Positions 11,501-21,750 of a stretch of DNA of 64,000 nucleotides are shown here, one piece after another. Positions within the stretch are counted from its first letter, which is position 1, and each line of letters opens with the position of its first letter. The notes beneath the pieces are model-generated. The model saw nothing but the letters and a program-made list of their open reading frames with translations, searched no databases and had not been told where the DNA came from. Where the stretch lies: assembly GCA_964187785.1 (NCBI GenBank), contig OZ076412.1, forward strand, positions 17,050,001 through 17,114,000, given 5' to 3'. The position numbers and the translations under genes are program-made. The DNA comes from Amphiscolops sp. MND2022. Lineage: Eukaryota.

Positions 11501-13730
11501 CACCGCACATCAATGGATGACACTGCGTGAACAGCTACCAAGCCTCAACGAACTTGCTCTTCCTAGATGTGTTTTGTCCCCTGGAAAAAACCAAAGTTTC
11601 CAACTACACCTTTTTACTGATGCATCTGAATCAGCATATAACGCAGCTGTCTATTCTAGATTTGTTGACGAAAATGGTGTTGTAACCACTCGCCTTCTAG
11701 CATCGAAAAATCGTGTTGCCCCTGTCAAGCAGATCTCGCTCCCCAGACTGGAATTATGTGCTGCCCACCTTGGCTGCAAGTTAATCAAGATTATTGAAGA
11801 ATTGCTTCATCTCACGAAATTTCAAAACTATGAAGTTTTCGCTTGGTCGGACTCTACTATTGTACTCCAGTGGATTGCTAAGCTTCCCCGAAAGTGGACC
11901 ACTTTTGTTGCAAACCGTGTAGCTATCATACAAGACACCATTTCTCCAGACAAATGGAACCATGTCCCAACCACTTCCAATCCAGCCGATCTGCCACCCA
12001 GAGGCATGTCTCCAGTCGACCTCAAAAAATCCTCTCTGTGGTGGTATGGTCCTCCGTGGTTAATGAAACAGCATTCAGAATGGCCCAAGCTTCCCCTGGA
12101 CACTGCAGCACCCCCTGAAACACGAATCACAAAAGAAGTTGTTTCAAATACAGAGGCTGTAAGTTCTTCAACTGGAACTAATTTTTCGTTAGATTCCATT
12201 CCGTTAATCGACATTTCTCGGTTTTTTGTCACTTCGACGCCTTTTGAACACTGTGTGCTTCATTCTTCGCATCAAGCAAACATTCCTCAAAGCTCTTCAC
12301 TCAGACATAAGAATATCGAAAGGTTCTTATTCGTTTGCTGAAATACAAACAGCAAAATTTCTAATCGTTTCTCATTTGCAAAAAATTTACTTCATCAACG
12401 AGTTCACTGCTCTTTCCCAAAGGCGTCCCATTAATTGCAAAAGTAACCTGCTGAATCTTAATCCATTCTTTGATGAAGAATTTAAAGTAATAAGAGTCGG
12501 CGGCCGACTTGCTCAATCCTATTATTCGGCAAACAAGAAGTTTCCCGTTCTTCTTCCACCCTCTGGACATTTTACCCTGCTCGTAATTCGTCATTTTCAT
12601 GAAGGTTCCCTTCATGGTGGGGGCCAAATAACACTCAACTTAATGAGGCAAGAATATTGGTGCACATCGGGAAAACATCAAGTAAATGCAGTAATATAAT
12701 TGTGTGTAAAATGTCAAAAATTCAATCTCAAACCGCCTTATCAAGTCATGGCAGACCTTCCAACAGAAAGGGTCACCCCTTCAAAGCCATTCAGCTACAC
12801 AGGACTAGACTTTGCTGGACCAATTATCACTATTCCAGATAACAAGATATACATCGCTGTTTTCGTATGTTTCTCAGTCAAGGGAGTTCACTTAGAAATA
12901 GTCAGATCTCTGTCTAAAGAAGCTTGTCTGGCAGCCCTGAAGCGGTTCGTCTCACGGAGAGTCCCAAGGCGCATTTACTCAGACAATGCCACAAACTTCA
13001 TTGGTGCTCGCAATGATATCTTGAAGATTCAAGATCTATTGATGACGAATATGCAAGACGAACATGCAAATTCAATCACTGACTTTGGTAAAGACATTGG
13101 TTTGGAATGGGTTATGATTCCTCCTCGCACTCCACATTTTGGTGGACTGTGGGAACATTAAGCGAATGAAACATCATCTCAGGAGAACAGTTGGCAATCA
13201 AATTCTCTCGCAAGAAGAACTCTCAACTTATGTTACAGAAATCGAAGCATTTCTCAATTCAAGACCGCTCACTCCACTTTCTACTAGCCCAAACGATTTA
13301 GAGCCTTTAACGCCGGCACACTTTCTCATTGGAGAGCCCCTGAAGACCCTTCCAACATACAAAAATGAGAAAGCACTGAATCTAACAGAAAGATACAGAC
13401 TTGTCAAGAATCTAATTAGATCATTTTGGAAGTCTTGGCAGAGAGACTACCTGGTCCATCTCCAAATTCGTAAAAAGTGGTTTAAAAACGGCCAAAGAAT
13501 GATTGTTGGAGACATGGTAGTTATCGCAGAAGACAATCAACCACCTTTAGTTTGGAAACTTGGAAGAATCATAGAGTCATACGACGGAAATGATGAAGTT
13601 AAGAGTTTTCAAAGTAAAAACTGCCACAGGATACCTTATACGCCCTGTAGTAAAGCTCAGAAAGCTAGTACTTGACAATTCAGTCCCAAATCCTACCCTG
13701 CTGGAGTCAAATATCTCTTCTGACACTTGA
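8566..13730 (+). pseudogene. BEL-1 gag-pol polyprotein, multiply frameshifted
   Basis: Gag LPKLDLPKFDGNYQNWTPFFDLF and C/H knuckles; protease RALLDSGSQSSFIT; RT SYVDDFLSG; RNase H FTDASESAY and LPRLELCAA; integrase H..SLHGG, CVKC, GLDFAGP, YSDNATNF, PHFGGLWE, RPLTPLS..LTPAHFLIG; C-terminal GDMVVIAEDN..WKLGRI. Split over many ORFs. Confidence 0.95.
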
Positions 13731-14118
13731 AATTATTCAATGTTTCATAATTTCCTTCGTTTGTATATAGTTTTGATGCTAAAAAGTGTCTCCCCGACAA
13801 ATGTCATTTAAATAAACCCTACTATAGTGCTGCTCCGCTCTGATCCATTCACTGAAGCTGGTATGTTTTTTAACAGCTACTGTGAAGTGTACCTTTGAAA
13901 ATGGAATCGATATTGTACCTCTACTTATCATCTGACACTTTAATTTATCAATAAAAAGTGTCTCCCCGCAGTACAAGTGACAATTACCATTCTTTACAAT
14001 GCCCATTAACCTGTCTCAGTATATACCGAAAACGTCATTTTAAACTAGCATTCTAGAATGTTTACTTAGACAGAAATTTTACCTCAGTTAATCATTTCGA
14101 GTTCAATATTTTTGTTGC

Positions 14119-14790
14119 TTATTGGATATAAAGTGTATCCCCAAAGTCAATTTCAATGCTACGCTTACCAAATGAATTTGATGCGCCCCTACTGATATTT
14201 ACGTATACCTTCCTCAGAGATGCTGACAACCGACCCATCTTGCAGAACATCCAGATCTTCTTGCCTGAAAGAAGGGTCGCGAGCATGTCGCCAGCAGTCT
14301 CTGATGCTTCCAAATCGAAGTGCCACGGTCGAAAGCTGGTTCCCCCAGTGAATAGCAAATAACTGCAAATGAAAAAATTACGTTCAATATTACTAGAATC
14401 TTTCAAGCATCAATATTCAAAGCAATCATGTGCCAATGAATTTCCCGAAGTTAGAGGACTCAGCGCATCAGGTCAATCACATGTCACCTGACCCTGACTG
14501 ATAAAGAAGTCATCCATAACATCTACCAGCAGATCGGGAGTAGACTGTCTTGGACTCGTATTCTTCCTAAAGAACTCATCAGTCAGGTCATCAAGTGTCT
14601 TTGCCGCCAGCAGTGCATCTTTGGAGGGCCCCTCGACTTTGATGGCAAAGTCTTTCACAATTGCTGGTTCTGAACGACTAAGTCGCACCTCTTCGATTGT
14701 CAGAGCTTTGACTTGCGGGAAGCCGCACAGAACCTCTCTCAGCTCCTCCAAACTTGCTAGCGGTGACTTGGTTGCTTTCCTCAGAAACAT
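14119..14790 (-). pseudogene. Antisense JmjC/cupin-type 2OG-Fe(II) dioxygenase-like gene inside BEL-1, apparently intron-containing and degenerate
   Basis: ATG at 14790. KALTIEEVRLSRSEPAIVKDF resembles the JmjC N-terminal LS.EEF...PVII motif. Strong acceptor ttttttcatttgcag ends at 14363. YLLFTGGTSFRPWHFDLE..MLATLLSGKKIWMFC carries the HxD iron ligands and the G.K.W strand; IEIDFGDTLYI resembles the PGD.L.IP strand. The distal His ligand was not found. Confidence 0.72.
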
Positions 14791-14823
14791 TATCAATTCT
14801 GAAAAAAGTCTGGAGAGGAGTAA

Positions 14824-15045
14824 TGGAAAGAATCCAAGCATTCATATATGATATTTAATTTAGTTCATTTCTGTGACTTTTTATCTTTGTCGACTTGTTC
14901 ACATTTTGTTCAAACTTTCGTCACTACTTTAATTTTGGCGGCTAATTGTTGTTATACCGCTTTCTAAAAACAGTTGGTTATCAAACAATCAATTCAAGTA
15001 TAGTTTTGTAAAGCCTTTTTACACAAACTAAAACATAACTCAACA
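14824..15045 (+). repeat. BEL-1 3' LTR
   Basis: TGGAAAGAATCC...ACTCAACA, preceded by a GGAGAGGAG purine tract and followed by TSD CCCTG. Confidence 0.95.
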
Positions 15046-16573
15046 CCCTGGTTGTCTTCTTTCGATCGCGCTATAAATCAGTTGTCGAACTTGAATAGTT
15101 TAGGAGATATTGCGGTTTAAAGTTTAACGTTCCTCCGGATTGGAGGAAGAATTTCCGGGATCCACCCAAAAATCTGGTACTTAAACTGGATCGCCGCACT
15201 GGCTCCGGACTTTGCGCCAAAACTTTGCACTCGTTGTGTCTCTGACTGCATTTCAGCATGTTTCAAAACATGCTATAGTCACTTTGACCCAATCTTGTCC
15301 CCAGAGGTATAAAGTGGCCACAGGAGAAAACATGAAAAACGGAAATTTTGCGCACAGTTTTTTTTGATTTTTCGGTCCCGTTCTTTTGATTTTGGAGACA
15401 TCAAGTCAACAATCCGTGAAAATGCGTGCAATGCTGTGTAATCATGTCTGAAAATCTTATTCAAGAGTTTTCTTCACCATGCTGTCAGCTGGTGCCTTTA
15501 GAAGTTTGCAGATCTTGTGTGGTGCAAAAACGTACCACAATGCTATTCCGGGTTAAGCACCAGATTTTTGGATGGGTCCGGAATTTCCTCGTCCATTTAG
15601 GGTTAAAGTACCAAAACTTTGGATTTAACTTAAATTGAACCACAATTTGGGAATTAACTGTCGCGGCCTTTTTTAGTCGGCGCTTCATGAAGTGAAACGC
15701 GACTATTATAGTGACTTTTTTTTCTATCCACACGAACTGACCAAAATAGTTCTTAAAATTTCTACAAAATATTCTTGCACCAAATTGCACTATTTGGCCT
15801 AGCGAACTGAAGCAAAAAGGTTTTTTCCTGTTTTTCCGCGTAACATATCATACCGGGCGAGACCAAAGGGTCCCCCCTTTCATTTTTTTCGGCACTGCGA
15901 GACTTTTTTTATCGAAAAAAAATTTTTTCCCCAAAGGGTCCCCCTTCATTTTTTTTGCTGTGATGCGTCAGAATGGATGTTGGAAAATCCCAAAGGGTCC
16001 CCCCTTACAGTTTTTTCGGCACTGTGAGATTTTTTTCCGAAAATAAAAATTTTCCCCCCTTCAATTTATTGATGTTTTTTTTTGTTTCGAATGGGGAACG
16101 TCATACAGACATAATGTAATACACATCTAATTTTTAAACAGCAGAATTCACTAAGCTGAAAACGCGTGGCTGATTTTTCGGAATTATTATTATAACGTAG
16201 TCAGCTATGTCCACATACCCCTAATGCCCTAAATGCAGGAGCGAAGCGTTGCGGAGCGACGTGCCATATGGCCATGCCTCAATGTTGCTACTTTGCGAAG
16301 AGAGCGAAGCGACCGAGCCATACAACAAATATGCTAACCTCTTCAAAGAAATAAGTTCCATACATCTTGGCTGCAATAGCACTAAAAGCTAGTAATTTGA
16401 ATTTTGCTGTTTGAGATCTTTTTGTAAATTTGGTTGTATGAATAGTCACCAGAAATTAAATGTGTATTACATTATGTCTGTAGTAGTTGACTCTTTCGAA
16501 TCAATACACTATTGATTGAAGTTAGATACCAAATTGATTGATACCAACGATCATCGCTGTCTGTGACCTCTAG

Positions 16574-16772
16574 CTGTCTCCTCTGTCTCTATATCGCTAG
16601 CACCAGAAGAAAGAAGAAGCAGTATGACGTCATCACTTGGGGTCGTGGTTGACCTGAAGCAGTCAGAAGTGATTTCGACGCAACTGAGACTGTACATCCT
16701 CAGACAGCTCACTGAACGCTTCTTCACTGGAATCGTCTTTCCATGTGGGTCTGCTTCCTTCGCTAAAGACAG
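16574..16772 (+). CDS. GAPVD1: GAPVD1/RME-6-like gene, internal coding exon D (VPS9 helical bundle)
   Basis: Absent from the ORF track on +. Acceptor ctctag ends at 16573; donor gtaggt at 16773; phase 1 to 2, no stops. ..STQLRLYILRQLTERFFTGIVFPCGSASFAKD resembles GAPVD1 DAQLAIERSVMNRIFKLAFYPNQDGDILRD. Confidence 0.75.
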
Positions 16773-18281
16773 GTAGGTAACTCTCTCTAACTCACTACCC
16801 ACCCGGGAGAAAAGTGTATCAATGTATAATTCAATGCATCAAAAATATGGAATGACCATGGCCTGGTTCTAGAAATTATTTCAGCTCCCCTTTCTACTAC
16901 TGTAGGTATCCCAGAACATCTTTCAAGCTCGAGTCAACTTGTTTCAATTTAGGAAAACTTATCAACACATAACTCAAAAACAGCTTTGAAACTGATGTTA
17001 TTATTCAATTATTCAAATTACGACATCTCGATGAGCTAATTATCTTCATATAACAAAAATCAACCTCCATGCGTTTCGCTGACAAAATGTGCAGACCACT
17101 TTCTGAGATCTTAAACACAGTGCTTGAAGCTGTAGTAAACTTCAATAAATTGACTGAAAGGTTTGGGAAATTATCAGTGTTCTGTTTTCGTTTAAAACTT
17201 CTCGTAACGCCTTTCGCCCTAATCACCAGCACCAAGATAAAACTTTTCAGCCTGAACTATTTTTGCAAGAAAAAAATATACAAAAATTAAACGGATTTCA
17301 GTTATCTGCTGAAATACACAAGCAGAGATTTTTGTTTTCGAAATTTTTGTATGTAGTTTTTCATCATTTCAGCAGAAATTTGAAGTATAAAAAACGACTA
17401 CAAGATTGGTTTCCTTTCACAAATGCAACATGGGCGGAATTTAAAATAAGTTTATCTAGGGTTCATTTTACACATATGAGTTAAACCATTGTGTTGAGGC
17501 TGAACTTTGTTTTGTGTCGAAAAGTTGATGCTTTTGTATTCTTGCAATTCTTGGAAATTGGTCAAGTTGGAATGTTGGAGGATGCTGACAGGCAATAAAC
17601 TTTCAATAGCTGTTTTTTCTTCAAGTAGAATTGGAAGTGCAGCTTGCAGCGTATCGACACCTTCCTTTTCACCTTTTTGACAAGCCCCCTCTGTTGTAAC
17701 CTGGGCCATACATACGTAGACCATTACCTTTTTGGTTTGGATGCGCACGGTCCTTTATTATTAGTTTACATAATATAAAAGTAGAATTGGAAGTATGAGA
17801 AATACTTTTTTCGTTATCAGTAATGTTTAAATTTTTTAAATTGAAATTTGAATTTAAATTGAGAATCCTGGAAGTAAAAATATGAATTGAATTTTAAATT
17901 GGGCAGGGAAATGATAATGTGGAGGTCACAACACGTTTGATTGTTAGAAGTTGACTAAAAATTTTGACTCTGTGAAAGGAGATTTTCAAAAGTGTTTGAG
18001 GGTTTACCGAGACCGATAGCTCCCACTTTCGAAAGTGTAATAGCATTGCGAAAGGCGAATTTACAACGATTTATTGTTGCTTTGCGCTCTCAAAATTTGT
18101 GAAAAGTTCATCTCTTCAATATTTAAATTTAAATTGCTCTATTAAAAAAGAGTCGCTTTAAATCAATTAAAATTTAAATGATATATTAATTTAACTTCCA
18201 ATATTTAAATATTCATTACTGTTCGTGATTGTTTTTGAAAGTTGCGACACCAGTGCATTTCAGGATATTGTTTCATTTCAG

Positions 18282-18360
18282 GATATTGTTCAGCAGTTTG
18301 CAAGATCTGAGTCGGCAACTGGACGAAGAAAGCTGTGAATCACTATTGGGGTTGCCTAAA
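18282..18360 (+). CDS. GAPVD1: GAPVD1/RME-6-like gene, internal coding exon E
   Basis: Acceptor catttcag ends at 18281; donor gtaagt at 18361; phase 2 to 0. (KD)RILFSSLQDLSRQLDEESCESLLGLPK resembles (RD)QVLHEHIQRLSKVVTANHRALQIPE. Confidence 0.75.
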
Positions 18361-18656
18361 GTAAGTTATTACTACGTCTTTTTGCAAACTTGCGCTCTTT
18401 TTGTAGTTCAAAGTCCCAGTACATCAAAAGCAGCTTGTTTTGTAGCGCTAGCACTGAATAAAATTGAACGAATAATCAAAACTGTGAATTAAGTATAATA
18501 ATACAATTCTACTCTTGAATTGGAGGTCTTGTGATAAATACGAATTGAATAACCTGGAGTTTTGAATAGTAATTTTCAGGGGAAAGTTTACTGATTAGTT
18601 TGAAGAATTGTGTACTAATCAATAATAGCCATAATCAACGTATGATTGTATTGCAG

Positions 18657-18722
18657 AAGTACACAATTGGATTCCCGTGGTTCGCGGTCATGAAAGTTTT
18701 GACGAAAATCAGTTTCCAAAAG
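18657..18722 (+). CDS. GAPVD1: GAPVD1/RME-6-like gene, internal coding exon F
   Basis: Acceptor ttgcag ends at 18656; donor gttagt at 18723; 66 nt, phase 0 to 0. KYTIGFPWFAVMKVLTKISFQK resembles VYLREAPWPSAQSEIRTISAYK. Confidence 0.75.
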
Positions 18723-18788
18723 GTTAGTTTTTACTTTTTCCTTTTTATAATTCCCGAATCAGAGATGGACTTGCATTTTTCTGTCCAG

Positions 18789-19073
18789 ATCGGAGAAGAC
18801 ATCGTACAATGTATCTTCTCTACGGTGACAACTCTATGCACAATAATGCAGATGAACGTGAAAGAGGCAATCAGCTCGGATCACCTGGTACCTGCGCTCA
18901 TGGCCGTGATCATCAAGACAAACCCTCCCCTTTTGTTCTCCCTCGTCGAGTGGCTCAAATGTCACGAACTAGAGCTGCTCAGGGGCAAGACCTCTTTCGC
19001 CGTGACCACCTTCCTTGCTGCCTTTGAGCAGATTGTTCGTCTGTTTGTGGTCAGCTACGGGTCAGACTTGTGA
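18789..19073 (+). CDS. GAPVD1: GAPVD1/RME-6-like gene, terminal exon encoding the VPS9 (Rab5 GEF) core
   Basis: Acceptor ttttctgtccag ends at 18788; stop TGA at 19071-19073. EDIVQCI...SSDHLVPALMAVIIKTNPPLLFSLVEWL...LRGKTSFAVTTFLAAFEQI matches the VPS9 consensus (DKVQCI...ADD.VP.L..V.IK.NPP.L.S...GE..Y..T.F.AA.E.I). The C-terminal position fits GAPVD1. Confidence 0.85.
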   Translation: MGEDIVQCIFSTVTTLCTIMQMNVKEAISSDHLVPALMAVIIKTNPPLLFSLVEWLKCHELELLRGKTSFAVTTFLAAFEQIVRLFVVSYGSDL

Positions 19074-20389
19074 CCACCAACCTTGAGTTGATAAGCGGCC
19101 AATTGCTGCTGAGAAGGGCAAGAGAATACACCAATTTCGAGGCCCACGCGTGTGCTGTGTACGTTTTGCGTTGCCGCGAAAAACTTGAATCTGAACTAGA
19201 AATGATATAATTGATAGATTTTATTTGAATACTGTTATTAGCTCAAAACATTGAATTTATTACCAACAAGTTTTTCCAACAATGGTGGGATGAAAAATTG
19301 CGATAATTCATGCCAAATTGCTTCCCTTTGATAACAAAATTAATAAGGGCAATAGACTATTTATTAGAAGGTGAGGGTTCTGTGTTGGAGGTCACGGGTT
19401 CGAATCAAACGATGATTTTTTTTTCAAATTTAACTGCACAACGTTTCTAGATATATCATTCAGAAAGTACTACCCTTGTTGAACATGCTTCAATTTTTTA
19501 CATGTTCATTAAAGTTGCCAGCAAAAACTTACGGAAACTTTAATGCGCTAATATTTCCCTGTTGTCATCAACGCTCATCAAGCTGTTTGGAAAAATCATC
19601 AAAGTTTCGGCGGCAATTTTAAGCCGTGAAGTTCTGCAAGTTTCATTATGCGTCAGTTTTAATTTCAAATGCAGCTGGACGTCATTTTGCGCCATTTCAA
19701 TGCAAATTAACTTCATTCACAATGTAAACAACAAACTAGCGTCATCATAAGCGTCCTATTTGAGAAGCGGTGATTGAATCAGATGAGTAGTGGAGAAATC
19801 CATGTGTGAATACAACGTGATCGTGTCCGCAAAGTGGGAAATATTTTTGAACTTAATTGCAGTACTGGAAAATGCAGTCTAATTCTACAAGATTTACTAC
19901 AGGAACCTCACTGAATTTTCTGCCTGCAGCATGTAAAAATTCCCAGCATTCTCAACTATCGGGTATAGCAAACAATAATTGAAGTCGCTTCCATTAGTCT
20001 TTTTCTACGTCTAAACAAGTGTTGAGCAGATTTGTTTCCAAACGAATCACATCTTTTCATTTTTCTAACTATAAGTAAGTTATCAGTCGGCGCGTTTCGA
20101 AGAAGACCAGCGAACTGACAAACTTCCAAGTTTTTATACTCTCGTTTTTTGACGTTATCCGAAGTCAATTGCGTTTTACTAAGGAGGAGGCGGAGGTTAG
20201 AAAAATGACTCCGATTTGACCCTGCACGTATTGGAATTTTCGAGTTTATATCCGAAGTCGATAGCGAAATCAAAATATCTCATTTCTGCCTGTCACGGCT
20301 TGAGTGGACGAAAACGTGGTTTTAAAAAGATCTCTTTTGAGATTCAGGTTGTAGAGACGGGGCTGCGTCGTGAAATGCCGTATGCATCA

Positions 20390-21750
20390 AAACCTTGCTG
20401 TATGGTGTGCAGCATCTTGCTGTTGCTGTATACAGTAATGAATAATATAAGTTGAAATTACTGTTGAAACTTCTTTAATCATCATAATCAAATCAGAATC
20501 ATCAAAAGGTAAAACTTCAATGTTATTCGCAATTTCTACGTCTTCAGTGATTTTCAAAATTGTTTTAAAGTTGTAACGGACAAACAACTGGTTGTCCAGT
20601 TTCTCAGCACTCAAACTTGCTTTCAGTTTGTTATGAACCAGTTTGTCTCGAGAACGTTTGTTCCACGTATGCCTCCAGAACTTCAAGAACAAGCGTTTTG
20701 TGTATATGGAAATTGTTTTGGCAAACGGTATGTCCCAGTGTTTCCGGATATTTTGAGCCTTCTTTTCTTTGAGCCTTCAGTTCTTTTCTAAACTGTGCCA
20801 ATTTTGTTTGCGGAACAACATTCGATGCCCAGTCGGTAACTGTATCTTATTCGTTCAAACTGAGTGCACCCAGTAACAAAGGCTGTTTCGTCGAAAACGA
20901 AATCCCACAAATAACATACCTTGACGACCAAGCTGCTCTCCCGTAACAGAATCGACTTATTGAAAGCAAGTTAAGTTTCCCTTCTATATCATTTGACAAT
21001 ATGGGGTTCTCATACCAATATTCTTCGATTTTTGCAAATGCAGAGACAAGCTGTTTTACAGATGCATCATCCGCTTGAACGTTATGTTTGAACCATTATT
21101 TCATGGAGAATTTACAAAAACTGTTCAATAAGTATTTGTTCAGCACTCGTAACCAGTTGTTTATCTTTTGCTTTTTGTAGGGCTGCGGTTCATAAGTTCC
21201 ACCGGGTAACAAAAAATCTCGGCAAAAGATTGTTTTTGGTATACTCATCAACTGTCTTTGGCGCCGATGTAACGTTTGAACTGCCTGCACAACCACTGAA
21301 AGAAATGCCGGTTTCTCAGATTGTAACGTTCAAAACCTATCTGAATAATCTTAGCATTATCACCACAAGACACCACTTTTGTTTCAGCAGTAAGAGTATC
21401 TACCACGGTTTTCAATTATAGGCATAGCACAGCAGCTGTTTTATCATCAACAACAAAACTGTGCCAGTTATACAAAACTCATATCGATCCAACATGAAGC
21501 ACATATGTCTTTGACAATTCATTGGGTTTTTCAACCATCCAGCAGAACCGTAATAATTTTTCATCCGATGTCATCCTCCGTTTTTATCTCCCACTCCCTC
21601 GCCAATTTTGCCACTCGGTCACTAATTCTGGTACTCGACGCAATTTTGTGACCAGGCAAAAAGTCTTCCACAATATCAAAAGGGCAGAATATGGTTAGCA
21701 CAACAAGCCGCAGTTACTTGACGATCCAATGGTGGTAAATGTGGTAGAGT
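20390..21750 (-). pseudogene. Heavily degraded hAT transposase relic
   Basis: Minus-strand fragments in hAT order: CCANHILPFDIVED, ITVLLDG, VSCGDNAKII, VEQTFSRQ/KLVHNKLKASLSAEKLDNQLFVRYN (hAT C-terminal dimerisation region). Many stops and frameshifts; no TIRs recognised. Confidence 0.7.

Larger units (their letters stand above)
8304..15045 (+). mobile_element. BEL/Pao LTR retrotransposon, full length (BEL-1), inside GAPVD1 intron C-D
   Basis: Two 222-bp LTRs; 5-bp TSD CCCTG at 8299-8303 and 15046-15050; PBS; purine tract before the 3' LTR; gag-PR-RT-RH-IN order with BEL-specific motifs. Confidence 0.96.

Noticed and set aside
17452-17748. 98-aa minus-strand ORF in a GAPVD1 intron
   Set aside because: No recognisable domain, splice context or start context.
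18600-19073. Single 157-aa CDS as given in the ORF track
   Set aside because: It spans intron sequence, including a 66-nt in-frame GT-AG intron (18723-18788) whose translation (VSFYFFLFII..) does not fit VPS9.
19385-19410. tRNA or SINE from the GGTTCGAATC B-box
   Set aside because: No properly spaced A box or cloverleaf recognised.
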